Below are positions 1 to 11,720 of a DNA stretch of 64,000 nucleotides, in pieces (positions within the stretch are counted from its first letter, which is position 1; each line of letters begins with the position of its first letter). The notes beneath the pieces are model-generated. The model was not told the DNA's origin and searched no databases. It was given only the letters and a program-made list of their open reading frames with translations. This stretch comes from Chiloscyllium plagiosum (lineage: Eukaryota). The position numbers and the translations under genes were made by a program. The stretch is from assembly GCF_004010195.1 (NCBI RefSeq), contig NC_057726.1:57977559-58041558 (forward strand), given 5' to 3'.

Positions 1-103
1 GGAGTGGGGGTGGGGGCGGAGAAGTCAGGAAGAAGATTGCAGGTTAGGAAGGTGGTGCTGAGTTCAAGGGTTGCGACTGAGACAACGTGGGGGGAGGGGA
101 AAT
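1..103 (-). mobile_element. Purine-rich fragment resembling the 3' region of a shark Penelope-like element (cut by window edge)
   Basis: GAAGATTGCAGGTTAGGAAGGTGGTGCTGAGTTC...GACTGAGACAACGTGGGGGGAGGGGAAAT resembles recalled shark Penelope-type repeat sequence; no ORF. Confidence 0.4.
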
Positions 104-617
104 CTTCATTTACCTCTATTGTCTATTGTCTAATGCTCCCATTCATTGTTACTGCTGAAAGTCATTGTGGTAGAGAGAGGGATGAGGGATTCGTAGGTGC
201 AGTATTGTTGCTTCTTCAACATTACAATGATTACAAGGCCCTGACTGGCCTTTCAGTCTGAATTTCTTCCTTACCTCGACCAGGTGAGTTAGTGTTAGCT
301 GAATAGGACCAATTGTTTTTGATAGTTTTGCAATTTCTCAAAAACGTACCCTTGGAAACATTAGCCTTCAGAAAACCTTTTCTTATATATATACACAAAA
401 TAAAATCGGTGGCTCATTTATAAGGATTTTGTTGCTACTTTGCAGAACAAAGTCAGTTTTTCACCTTCCTGGAGTTGGATTCGAGATTTTCACCTGGGGT
501 TTCGGTGAGGTGGGGGGGGGGGTTCTTCCAAACCTCCACTGACATTTCAGCTGAAATTCTAATCAGATTCAGCAAAGTGATCCTGGGGATAAACCTGGTC
601 CCCAGCACCCCACAGAT

Positions 618-891
618 TAGTTGCCCAGTAGGCAACCACATTGCTGTGGGTCTGGAGTCACATTTAGGCGGGACCAGGTAAGGATGGAATCTCCATTCTC
701 TAAAAGGGCACTGGTGAACCAGATGGGATTTTTGTGACAATCAACAATGGTTTCATGGTCATCATCAGACTCTCAATTCCAGACTTCGATTGAATTCAAA
801 TTCCACCATTTACTGTGGTGGGATGTGAACCTGGGTTCCTGCATCCCTGGATTAACAGTTCAGTGATAATACCATTAGGCCCTTGCCTCCC
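618..891 (-). mobile_element. tRNA-derived SINE, MetaSINE/SlmI-like central domain
   Basis: Reverse complement has a tRNA-like head (GGTTCACATCCCACC B-box-like) and AAAAATCCCATCTGGTTCACCAGTGCCCTTTTAGAG...CCTTACCTGGTC...TGTGACTCCAGACCCACAGCAATGTGGTTG; homologous to the plus-strand copy at 16940-17270. Confidence 0.65.
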
Positions 892-1023
892 CGCTATTTA
901 AAAGGAAGGGAATTAGAATCATGGCAATTAGCTGACAAATCTATTATCACTGGATCATACCTCTCTCTTTTTGTGACTCTTCCTGACTCTCTGTAACTCC
1001 ACCACTGACAATCTGTATCAGAT

Positions 1024-1049
1024 CCAGCATCTGCAGTCATTGTTTTTAC
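1024..1049 (+). mobile_element. Minimal Penelope-like terminal fragment with 15-bp flanking direct repeat
   Basis: CCAGCATCTGCAGTCATTGTTTTTAC (same terminal motif as at 35375, 35584, 42583) flanked by CAATCTGTATCAGAT at 1009-1023 and 1050-1064. Confidence 0.6.
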
Positions 1050-1476
1050 CAATCTGTATCAGATTTCTCTCTCTCGCTCAACCCTGAGTTACTGTTGGTC
1101 TCATTCTTTGTCTGGATGCGTGCTTTCTATTTAAAATGAAAGCTTCTGTTGCAACTGAGAGACCTCTCTATTCAGAAACTTACTGCATAAAGCAAAATAG
1201 CAATCCCATTGCGTTTGCTGCTTCTGGGAGCTTCCTTCTCCCCTCTTATCCCAAACCTGGCCTTTACTCCCACTTCCGTATCTTTGGCTATCATGCTCCT
1301 CCCTGTCCTCTGCAGTTAATTACTGCTGTTTGGCAAAGGAACACTGCCTTGCTTAATTGTGGACAGCAGCAGTCTTTCAACAACTCGTGCTTCGGGACCA
1401 TAAGCTTTTTAAATGATTGCTTTTCCTCCTACAACATCACACCTGCAAAAAACAGACCTGTCGAAAGGGCAGAGTA

Positions 1477-1670
1477 AAAACCAAATACGGCAGATGCAGG
1501 AAATCTGAAATCCAAACAGAAATTGCTGGACAAACTCTTCAGGTCTAGCAGCACCTGTGGACAAAAGAACATAGACCTAACCCTGTCTCAAATGAAATCA
1601 TTCAACTCAATGTTAACTTTGTTACTCATTCCACAGATAGTCAGACCTGCTGAAAGAAGCTGCACATACA
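1477..1670. mobile_element. Old Penelope-like inverted terminal remnant
   Basis: GCAGATGCAGGAAATCTGAAA...TTGCTGGA...CAGGTCTAGCAGCACCTGTGG followed by inverted CCACAGATAGTCAGACCTGCTG; degenerate version of the 6581-6808 family. Confidence 0.5.
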
Positions 1671-1855
1671 GCATTGTGGTCATAGTCTCAACAATGAGGT
1701 TAATCAACATTCATATGCATGGAGATGGGCTGAGAGTCTAGAATAAAATGTATGATGTCCCATCCTTTAATTGTCATGCCAAGACGACCCTTAAATTGGA
1801 AGATACATTAAGTAGTGGAGATGAGATCAGGAAGTTAATAAAATAGATGATAATC

Positions 1856-2188
1856 ACAGAGACCACAGAATCCCTCTAGTGTGGAAGCAGGCCATTCGGC
1901 CCATTAAGAGTGCACCTACCCTGACCCACTCTCCCATCCTCTCCCTGTAACCTTGCATTCCCCATGCCTGACCCTCCTAGCCTTCACGCCCCTAGACATT
2001 CTGGGCAATTTAGCACTGCCAATCCACCTAACCTGCATATCTTTTGACTGTGGGAGGAAAGCAGAGGAAACCCACGCAGACACAGAGAGAACGTGCAAAC
2101 TCCATACAGACAGTCAGCCGAGGATGGAATCAAACCCAGGTCCCTGGTGCTGTGAGGCAGCAGTGCTAACCACTAAACCATGCCATCC
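1856..2188 (-). mobile_element. HE1-type (V-SINE) tRNA-derived SINE
   Basis: Reverse complement begins GGATGGCATGGTTTAGTGGTTAGCACTGCTGCCTCACAGCACCAGGGACCTGGGTTTGATTCC (A/B boxes) and contains the V-domain GTTTCCTCTGCTTTCCTCCCACAGTCAAAAGAT; homologous to 5961-6273. Confidence 0.85.
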
Positions 2189-2548
2189 TGATGGATTACG
2201 TGAATGGTCAAAACCGTGGCACATGGTTAGAATGCGAGAAAATTTGAGGTAAACAGCACTGGACCTAAGAAAGATCCATCAATCTATTTCCCAAATGGTG
2301 CATAGGTAAGGACTGGAGCTGAAGAAAGGTATTTAGGTGTTCAAGCACAAAAATCACAAAGCCAGTGGAAAAAAAAGGTACAGACGTTAATTTAGAAGAT
2401 GAATAAAATGTTGATCTTTTTTCCCCAGGGGCTGCAATGCAGGAAGGTGGACATTATGCTCCAGCTAGTTAAATCTTGGGTCAGACCCTATCTGGAGAAC
2501 TGCACTCAGTTCTGGGCACTACATCCCTGGAAGATTATTTTGGCCTGT
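2189..2548 (+). mobile_element. Degenerate CR1 LINE RT fragment
   Basis: Translates to MLQLVKSWVRPYLENCTQFW, matching the CR1 RT C-terminal motif LQLYKTLVRPHLEYCVQFW found in younger copies in this window. Confidence 0.7.
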
Positions 2549-2594
2549 GCAGAACAGTCTTCTGCACCCCGCAATTGGAAGCTGTATCACTTAC

Positions 2595-2703
2595 ACATAT
2601 TGAGCTGCCTCACGAAGCTGGCCATGTTGTTGTGCTTGAAGTATTTGGGCAGTACTTCCTTAGCAAACCTGCCCTGATCAAAGACATGGAAACTGGTCCC
2701 ACT
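2595..2703 (-). CDS. HSF4: Heat shock factor 4, coding exon 2 (HSF DNA-binding domain)
   Basis: Acceptor tttctag|AGT at 2703; encodes [36 protein letters not shown]+T; donor T|gtaagt at 2595; 109 nt; in frame with exon 1 (phase 0). Missed by the ORF track. HSF4 rather than HSF1/2 is inferred from adjacency to FBXL8. Confidence 0.95.
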
Positions 2704-4704
2704 CTAGAAATAAGATTAAAAAGAAAACACATTGGTCACTTCACGGAATTACAGGGCAACCAAGAGAAACAAGATTCAAATTGAAGCATTAATGTAAACA
2801 TTCCTGCTGAACCTCCCCTTGACAGTGTGAGGATTAGCAAATCCCTGTGTTTGTGTGACAGATTCCTCCTTGTGCTCCACTGGCCTAAGGAACAGACTGA
2901 CCAGTAACTTTATGAATCAAATTATTATTGAAATGGTGGGTGTTTTGTGATCTTCTAACCAACAGTCAGTACATCCTGTTGGAAGGTGAATTGTCCCACT
3001 AGCAGTCTCATACATGACCCTGTTGTATAAGTGAAGTGTTGTCTTGATAAAAACCCACATTATGGGTCTCCCAATGTGAATGTGACACGGGGGGTGGGGG
3101 AAGGATTTTAAAAAGACCTTTGGTCACACATTGAGCTTTTACTACTCCAAAGAAGGTACAAGATTGGCCACAATATCTGCTGAGACTTCATGGCCTTAAA
3201 GAGACATTTTGCATTTCCCACACATTCGCTGTTAGCAGAAGAATAATCCATTGTGTACTGCAATGAGGATACTGATTAATCTTTCTAATTCTACTTGTGA
3301 CAGCCCCCATATATAAACACAAATACAGAAGATAATGTCACTAAGTGACTGCATTACCCGATGAAGGATTTAGCGAGACTGAAGAGGAGAGCCTCTGAAA
3401 GCCAAAAAAGTAACCACAGGAAACATCAAGAGGAACATGAAGAAAGCTTTCAGCTCTGACAGAATGTACTTCATGAAATCAGTTCCACTCAACATTATAT
3501 TGTATCTATATAATGCTATCATCCTGTTGCCATAAATACATTTGGAAAAGGTTGCAAGCTCCAGTTTTTATAACTAATGACAATCTACTGCCAAACAAAG
3601 ACATTTTGTGATGTTGGGAAAGTTTATTTCAAGATGGGCAGCTGTTCAATCTATATATAAAAATGAATAGAAATAGAATACATTCAGTATGTATTATTGA
3701 TATATAAATAATTTGGAGATAAATGTAAATTATAATGAATAACATAGAGCATATATATTAATGACATTTGGACTAGGTGGTGAGATAATGTGCATCTATG
3801 AAATATTCTTACATACTGCTTGGTGAAGGCTTAGTGAGGAAGTACTATTTGATACTGAGACAAATGGAGCGCAAGGTTCTCTGATTTGATTCCTATTTGT
3901 GCCATTAGCTGAAAATCAACTGACTGGACACTAAACATGACCCTGGTAACCAGAGAGTAGGAACAGAGAAAGAAAACTCCCAAGTCAGTTTCTCAGTCTC
4001 AACACTATCCCCATGTCACGAAGTACATTTGCTGTGATAGTGAAATAGACTGACCAGTGAGGAATGACAAATTGAATAAGATATTGCAGGCTTGTCAAAC
4101 TACTTCCCCAACACAAGGCATTGCTTTCAGGAGAGAAGCAGCAAAGAATTAAAGGTACATGGGAGTTTCGATAGGCGTGAGATAGTGCTCTCTCTGTAAA
4201 TAACTCGCCTTTCCCAGCACAAAAACTCAAATACAATAAGAGTAGTGATTTGTAGTATCAAAACAGAATGTAGTCAAAGCTACACAATTATTGCCAGCCA
4301 CTGCCTCGTCCAGAGAAACAAAAACAGCAATGCTTCATGAACCCACCACAGCATCCAATAAGATCACAGCTGATGGACAGCAATTTTGAATTCCCATGCT
4401 ATCTCCAGATTCGCTGATTGACAGTGGACACTAAGACCTTTAATCTCTGTTGAATATATTCAATGACTGATAACACACAGCTCTGTTTGGGTGAAACCTT
4501 TTGAAGATTGTCAAACCTTTCAGTATTAAATGACTGACCTCTTATTCTGATGTTTAGTTTTAAGAGTCTCCAGAAGGAGAAACATCATCCCAGCATCTAC
4601 AATTGTTTGTTTTTCCCATTAGCAATTTTATGTGTTTCGATCATATTCTTCTAAACTCGAGTGAATGTGGACCTGATTTGCTCATTTGCTCTTTATCCCA
4701 ACAT

Positions 4705-5060
4705 TGGACACTCTGGAGGCAGGAAACATGTTTCCGCTGATGGGTGAGTGCCGAACCAGAGGACACAGCTTAAAATTACGGGGTAGACCATTTAGGACAG
4801 AGATGAGGAGAAACTTCTTCACCCAGAGAGTGGTGGCTGTGTGGAATGCTCTGCCCCAGTGGGCAGTGGAGGCCCAGTCTCTGGATTCATTTAAGAAAGA
4901 GTTGGATAGGGCTCTCAAGGATTGTGGAATCAAGGGTTATGGAGATAAGGCAGGAACAGGATACTGATTAAGGATGATCAGCCATGATCATATTGAATGG
5001 TGGTGCAGGCTCAAAGGGCAGAATGGCCTACTCCTGCACCTATTGTCTATTGTCTATTAT
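4705..5060 (+). mobile_element. CR1 LINE 3' end (inserted in an older minus-strand CR1)
   Basis: MFPLMGECRTRGHSLKLRGRPFRTEMRRNFFTQRVVAVWNALP (CR1 ORF2 C-terminus), 3' UTR and (TATTGTC)n-like tail. Confidence 0.85.
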
Positions 5061-5324
5061 ACCCAGTTAATCTTCGTTGCACTCCCCACTCAGGCAAGTA
5101 GATCTTTCTTCAGGTTAGGAGACCAAAGCCATACTCAATATTCCAGGTATATAGTCTCACCGAAGTCCTTTACAATTGTGATAAGACTTACTTAGTTATT
5201 TATTCCAAGCCCTATGTAAATAAATGTAGTGTTTCTAATACCACTTCTTTACCTGTTGTTCGGTGTAACTGGAAGCTAACTTGGTCGTTTGAGTACAAGG
5301 TCACCCCATGTCTCTCTAAATACC

Positions 5325-6565
5325 AACATTATAAATGATTTGGATGTGAACATCATAAGTTTGCAGATGACACAAAAATTGGTGGTGTAGTGGACAGTGA
5401 AGGTTATTGCAGAATACAACAGGGCTGTCATAAGATGGGCTGATGAGTGGCAGGTGGAGTTTAACTTAAATAAAATGTGAGGTATTGAATTTTGTCAAGG
5501 CAAGTCAGGGTAGGACTTATACATGTAATGATAGGGCCCTGGGGCATTTCCAAATAAAGAGACCTTGGAGTGCAGATTCATAGTTCCTTGAAGGTGAAGT
5601 CACAGGTAGACAGGATAGTGAAGATGGCATTTAGTATGATTGCCTTTATTGGTCAGTGTATTGAGTATAGGAATTGGGAGATCATGTTGCAGCTGTACAA
5701 GGCAATTGGTAAAGCCACTTTTGGAATACTGTGTTCAATTCTGGTCTCCCTGCTATAGGAAAGATGTTGTCAGGATTGAAAGGGTTGAAAAAGGCTTCAA
5801 CCTTTGAAAGGGTTTCCAAAGTTGTTGCACAGTTGGAGGGTTTGAATTATAGGGAGAGGCTGATTAGGCTGGGGATAGTTTCCCTGGAGCATCAGAGACC
5901 GAGGGGTGACCTCATAAAGGTTTATAAAATCATGAAGGGCCTGGGTAGGGCGGATAGCCAAGGGGCGGCACGGTGGCTCAGTGGTTAGCACTGCTGCCTC
6001 ACAGTGCCAGGGTCCCAGGTTCGATTCCAGCCTTGGGTGACTGTCTGTGTGGAATTTGCACATTCTCCCTGTGTCTGCGTGGGATTTCTCCGGGTGCTCT
6101 GGTTTCCTCCCACAGTCCAAAGATGTGAAGGTCAGGTGAATAGACCATTCTAAATTGCCATAGTGTTAGGTGCATTAGTTAGAAGGAAATGGGTCTGGGT
6201 GGGCTACCCTTCAGAAGGTCAGTGTGGACTTGTTAGGCCGAAGGGCCTGTTTCCACACTGTAGGGAATCTAATCGGTCTTTTCCCTGGGGTGGGGGAGTC
6301 CAAAACTAGAGCGCATAGGTTTAAGGTGAGATGGGAAAGATTCAAAAGGGACCCAAGTGGCAACTTTTTCATGCAGAGGGTAGTGCACGTATAGAATGAG
6401 CCGCCAGAGGAAGTGGTGGAGGCTGGAACAATTACAGAATTTAAAAGGCATCTGGATGGGTATATGAATAGGAAGTGTTTAGAGGGATATGGGCCAAATG
6501 GGACTAGATTAGGATATCTGGTCAACATGGATAAATGGGACCGAAGACTCTGTTTCCACGCTGAA
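5325..6565 (+). mobile_element. CR1/HER1 LINE 3' portion interrupted by an HE1 SINE
   Basis: KFADDTKIGGVVDSE RT motif at ~5358, LQLYK motif, then after the SINE EAGTITEFKRHLDGYMNRK and the 3' UTR. Confidence 0.85.
5961..6273 (+). mobile_element. Full-length HE1-type SINE
   Basis: GGGCGGCACGGTGGCTCAGTGGTTAGCACTGCTGCCTCACAG (A box), GGTTCGATTCC (B box), V-domain, HER1-like tail GGCCGAAGGGCCTGTTTCCACACTGTAGGGAATCTAATC. Confidence 0.9.
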
Positions 6566-6580
6566 CAACTCTTACTATTT

Positions 6581-6808
6581 GGAGAAAGTGAGGACTGCAG
6601 ATGCTGGAGATCAGAGCTGAAAATGTGTTGCTGGAAAAGCGCAGCAGGTCAGGCAGCATCCAAGGAGCAGGAGAATCGACGTTTCGGACATGAGCCTTTC
6701 TTCAGGCCCTTATTCCTGAAGAAGGGCTCATGCCTGAAACTTCGATTCTCCTGCTCCTTGGATGCTGCCTGACTTGCTGCGCTTTTCCAGCAACAAATTT
6801 TCAACTCT
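6581..6808. mobile_element. Penelope-like element terminus as an inverted pair (~95-bp arms) with 15-bp target-site duplication
   Basis: 6612-6706 is the near-perfect reverse complement of 6715-6808 (spacer CCCTTATT); flanked by CAACTCTTACTATTT at 6566-6580 and 6802-6816. Confidence 0.8.
6712..6747 (+). ncRNA. Minimal hammerhead ribozyme motif (Penelope-type); a mirror copy lies on the minus strand at 6674-6706
   Basis: CUGAAGA-A-GGGC UCAU GCCU-GAAA-CUUC on plus; CUGAAGA-A-AGGC UCAU GUCC-GAAA-CGUC on minus, with a palindromic ACGU stem III. Confidence 0.6.
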
Positions 6809-7329
6809 TACTATTTCCCAATCTCACCTTTTAAAAAGTATGCTTCCTACTTAAGTGGATAACGTCAAATTTCTGCCACACTGCATGATGGATGCTTCAG
6901 GTGTTCAGAATAATGCACAATGGGGAAAAAATACTATTTTACCCAGGCTTCCAAACCACATTTTAAATTTATTGTCATTAGCGTAAAGATATGCCCAAAG
7001 CTGCTTTACAAATAGGAAAAAGGAAACAGATGTTAAATGAGGTTCAGATAGATCAGGAGGCAGGACTGAAAGGTTGGTTGGAGATGGGTTTTGAGGTTTT
7101 TGTTAAAAGGGTGGAAAAGTTGAAGCAGGAAGTTTCAGGATTAGGACCAAAGCCTCTGCAAATCTGCTCCCCCCCACCGTGAGGTTAGTCAGTGAGGTAT
7201 GGGGAGCCAGATAATACTGTCCCATTGTCAAGGTGTCATTGTCCTTCATTTCATTTCAGGGCAGGATTTGACGAAATGACTGACCACAGTATAACATCCT
7301 ACAGCATGTAAGATTTTACACTAGGGTTA

Positions 7330-7695
7330 GCTCAGTATCTCTGACTCAGTGCTGGAACTTCCAAATTTCACTCCACAAGACTTGAGCAAAAAATACAGGT
7401 TTATACTACAGGTGGTGGTAAAAGATTCGGTGGCACTTTCCAGAGAAGAGCTAGGGAGTTCTGCCTGGTAGCTCAGACAGCATCTAACACTCAACCAACA
7501 TCCGAAAATTAAATCAGAATGATCTGATCATTTAACTCATTGCTGCTCATGGGTTCTTGTTGTATAGTAATGGTCCTCCATATATCCTACATTACAATGG
7601 AGCTATAATTTAAAACTACTTTATTGATTGTAAAGTGCTTTGAGATGTCATGCAGCCTTGTAAAGCGCTTTAAAAATGTGAAAATACATTTCTTT
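7330..7695 (+). mobile_element. Deu-domain SINE (SacSINE1/AmnSINE-like), degenerate
   Basis: TAAAAGATTCGGTGGCACTTTCCAGAGAAGAGCTAGGGAGTTCTGCCTGGT (Deu-like) and tail TTGTAAAGTGCTTTGAGATGTC...TAAAGCGCTTTAAAAATGTG. Confidence 0.6.
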
Positions 7696-10213
7696 CCAGA
7701 TTTCCTGATCACCACCACCTTAACTGGCATGGTGCTTTGTAACCACCTTAAAATGAAAGGCATGTCTAACTGATTTTGGTGCAAGTGGGCAGCTCACCAA
7801 CACAGTTCAAAGCGACAGTCGGAATGAAAGTGCTGATGTCTGGAGCACAAGGAAGTGCACTGTAAAAACAGCTGTTACTATAATTGACTGGTCCAAAACC
7901 CATCACTCATTGCCATTCCACCTTGCTTTAATTCAAACCCAAAGACTATGCAGTTAATTGCCCAATTGGGAAGTCCCTTCACTTTGAAGAAGGCAGAAGA
8001 GAGGTGGAGGTTAAACCATGTAACTAAAACTAAAGTGTTAACGTCGGCAAGATCAAAATACACTGAGTCAGCAAAACAAAACAATATCCACCACAACTGC
8101 CTGCGATTTTAGTCAGCTTTCCTGTGCTAAATCATTGCCGGTAACTGGTTCACATTTAGTTCAATGGACTTGTCGCTTATCACACAAAGACACTTTACCA
8201 ATAACGTGGAACTAAAATTGGATGCTGCACACGTAAAGTAAATAATTACTTTACGCTGAAATCCTTGCCAGCAGTAGACCGTAATCCATTACAAGTGTTA
8301 CTGTGACCTTCACTGAATACAGACTGTGATAGCCTAACTACTTAGATAATTACTTCTTTATGGTAGCCTGGAACTGTTAGGGAAAAATCAGGACAATAAA
8401 AGTATTTTATCTCTCAGAAGAAAACTAGTCCCAGATTAGTTAAGCCAGTATTTGGACATCAAGTAGTGATTTCCAAGTGATAACATACAGCTCCTTTAAT
8501 GAGGATAATATTTTGACGGGAAAAAGTCCCCCATTATAACACAAATCAGCATTTACAATCTAGAAACAGCACCTTTAAATATATTTAATAGCTCAATCCA
8601 TTTAACAGCCTTCGAAAAGTCTGTTCCACTGAAGATGTCCCACTGACACAATCATGCTCCTCACAACAGTGAGTCAGTGAATGGAGCAAACTGATAAGTC
8701 ACATTGAGAGCACATATTAATGGTTCATTTGAAGCTAGAGGGGCTCGTTTACATGCCATAGTTTTCTGTTTTGGTTTAGAACCTAAACTATAATCCATTC
8801 CTCACCTTACAGTCTAAGTTCCAAAATCAAAACTGCTGAAGTAGCAGCTATGCCCATTTCTTTGTTTCCTACTTTGATGCATTTTGCATGCTCAGTCAGT
8901 ACTGGAAATGAGACACTGACTGACCACCTTTTGACCATTGTTGGCGTCTTCAACTTGAAAGTCAAGTATAATTATGAGATGTAAAGTACCCCTTATTCAA
9001 GGCAAACAGGTTAGATAACGGGGTGGTATCGCTGAAAATCAATAGTACTCACTAAACAATCAGACTTTGTTACATGGCATGTCCAAAGATCACCTTCTCC
9101 AGCTTACACTACAATCTTTTAATCGTGTGAAGATAGTTTGAATTGTAAAACCAAGAATTTTTATCTATTAGTGTATGTTGGGGATTCGATTTGACAGAGG
9201 ACATTTATAATTTTGCCTATACAAAGTGTTTCCAGACTCAGAGATACAACCACCTTTGGGGAACTGAATGAGTTGTAAAGGAAGGTTTAATGAACTCGTT
9301 CTTTTGAGATGTAAAAGTGGCAAATTCTAAACTCCACAGGTTAAGTGGAAAGTTGTGCTAGTTAAAAATGCACACGTGCAACAAGGTCATTTTGACATTT
9401 TGTACCTCCACCCCCTTGCAAAACATAGGCTTTAATATTCAAGTTCCTTGGCTTGTTTAAGATATTTGAAGCACTCAAATGAATTAAACCTCAATGATGT
9501 CTGTTGTCTAAGCAAATTAAACAATTATGAAGTCCATAACCAATTACTCTGGGCAGGGGATGAGAAGTAAAAGCTGCTGGAGTAATATGAAAATGATAAT
9601 TTTAAAAAAATAAACACATGATACCTACAGTATCCATCTGAAAAGACTTAAGGACTGATTTGGAGGAAAGTACTTGTGTGATTGCAGTCCTTGTTGCCAG
9701 GCCAGATCAAAGCCCCATTTTACTTTTAATTTTCTTTTGCAGCAATTTTATTATTTTTAAAAAAATATATCTGGGATCCTTGCAATATGTTTTTCTACTT
9801 AAAATTGAGGGGAGCCATAACAAACAAACAGAGAAACAGTGAAAAATATTCATGAAAGTAGGAAATGTATAAAACAGGCCTGTTGTTAGGATGTCAAATT
9901 TTCAGAAATAATCAAAAGTATATGGAGACAACAGTGCGAAAAAATATGCAAAAGACAGAACAAAAAAAAAAGGAAGAGTGAAACTCAAAAAGAATTAGAG
10001 ATTGCAGGGCAGGCAGGAAACCCCCAATTTAATTTCTAAAATTACACTGTACGTGTAACACTATAGAAGGGAAGCATTCACCTTTTCAGTTCTATTCTCA
10101 CTCCTATTTACCTTCATTTTTTGAAACAAACAATCCTAATATAAAATAATGCCTTACGGTCTAACTCAACTGAAATATTTCAAAGTATTTCACACAATGC
10201 ATGATCTTTGAAA

Positions 10214-10484
10214 TGGGCGGCACGGGTTCAATTCCCGACTCAGGCGATTGACTGTGTGGTGTTTGCACATTCTCCCCGTGTCTGCGTGGGTTTCCTCCGG
10301 GTGCTCCGGTTTCCTCCCACAGTCCAAAAATGTGCAGGTCAGGTGAATTGGCCATGCTAAATTGCCCATAGTTTTAGGTAAAGGGGTAAATGTAGGGGAA
10401 TGGGTGGGTTGCGCTTCGGCGGGTCGGTGTGGACTTGTTGGGCCGAAGGGCCTGTTTCCACACTGTAAGTAATCTAATCTAATC
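10214..10484 (+). mobile_element. HE1-type SINE with internal deletion of the A-box region
   Basis: GGGCGGCACGG joined directly to GTTCAATTCCCGACTCAGGCG; V-domain; tail TAATCTAATCTAATC. Confidence 0.85.
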
Positions 10485-10494
10485 AAGAAAACCC

Positions 10495-11720
10495 ATAAGA
10501 ATGTACAAAATAGAACTGGACCATTCAGCCCCTCAATCCTGTTCCACCATTCAGTCAGATCATTGCTGATCTGTATTTTGAATTCTACATTCCTATCTGA
10601 CCCCTGATAACCCTTAATTCCTCTGTCTAACAAGAATCTAATCACCTCTGACTTAAAAATATTCAATGAACACACTTTCATCACTTTTTGAGGCAGAGCG
10701 TCAAAGCTTCTGAAACAGTTTTTATAAAATCTCATCTGTGTCCTGAGAGGGTGACCCTTGATCTTTTAAAAAAAAGTACCCCTTCAGTTCTTGACTGACC
10801 CACAGGGGGAAACATCACCTTCACATCTATCTTGACAAGACCAGGATCTTATGTATGTCAGGCAAGTCACCCCTTACTCATTTAATGTCCAATGAAGACA
10901 AGACCAGCCTGTCCAAACTGTCCTCAGAAAACCTACTCAGTACAGATAAAAATCCAGCAAACCACCTCTGAACTGTCTCCAATGCATTTACATTTGTCCT
11001 TAAGAAAAGAGACCAAAGTGGAATACAATATTTGAGATGTGGTCTCACCAATGCCCTATTTAACTGAACCATAACATCCTTACTTTCACATTCACTTCCT
11101 CTTGGAATAAATAATAACATCCCATTAGTCTTCTTGATTACTTGCTGTCATTGCATACTAATAGTTTGTAACTCATGCATCAGAACAGCTAGATTCCTCT
11201 GCAACATTTTCCATTTAATCTAGTTATTTAAAAAAAAATCCTTCCTGCCAAAGCAACTTCACATTTTCCAACATTATATTCTATCCACCAGATGTTTGCA
11301 CACTCTCAACCTATTTGTATTCATCATCAATTTCTTATGTTCTCTTCACAACATATCTTTGTGTTGCCAAAATATTTGGTTACCATAACATCACTCGTCT
11401 CAACCAAAGCATTGATGTAAATTGTAAAAATTTGAGGGCACATCACAGACCCCTGTGGGACCCCACATTAGACAAAGACCATGTATGTATACTGTTTTCT
11501 GCTAGCCAATCTTCTATCCATGCTAATATGTTACCCCCTCCATTCATCCATAGATTTTATTTTCTGCAATAAGCTTTGATCTGGCACTTTATCAAATGCC
11601 TTCTGGAAATTCAACTACAGTAAATCTACAGGCTCCCTATTATTCACAGCACGTTACTCCTTCAAAGAACTTCAGTAAATTGGTTAAACATGATTTTCAT
11701 TTGGCAAAACCATGCTAACT
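10495..11720 (-). mobile_element. Degenerate CR1 LINE
   Basis: Minus-strand MVQLNRALVRPHLKYCIPLWS and FKSEVIRFLLDRGIKGY CR1 motifs. Confidence 0.75.

Noticed and set aside
5961-6035. tRNA gene
   Set aside because: tRNA-derived SINE head followed by V-domain and LINE tail; the same applies to all HE1 copies
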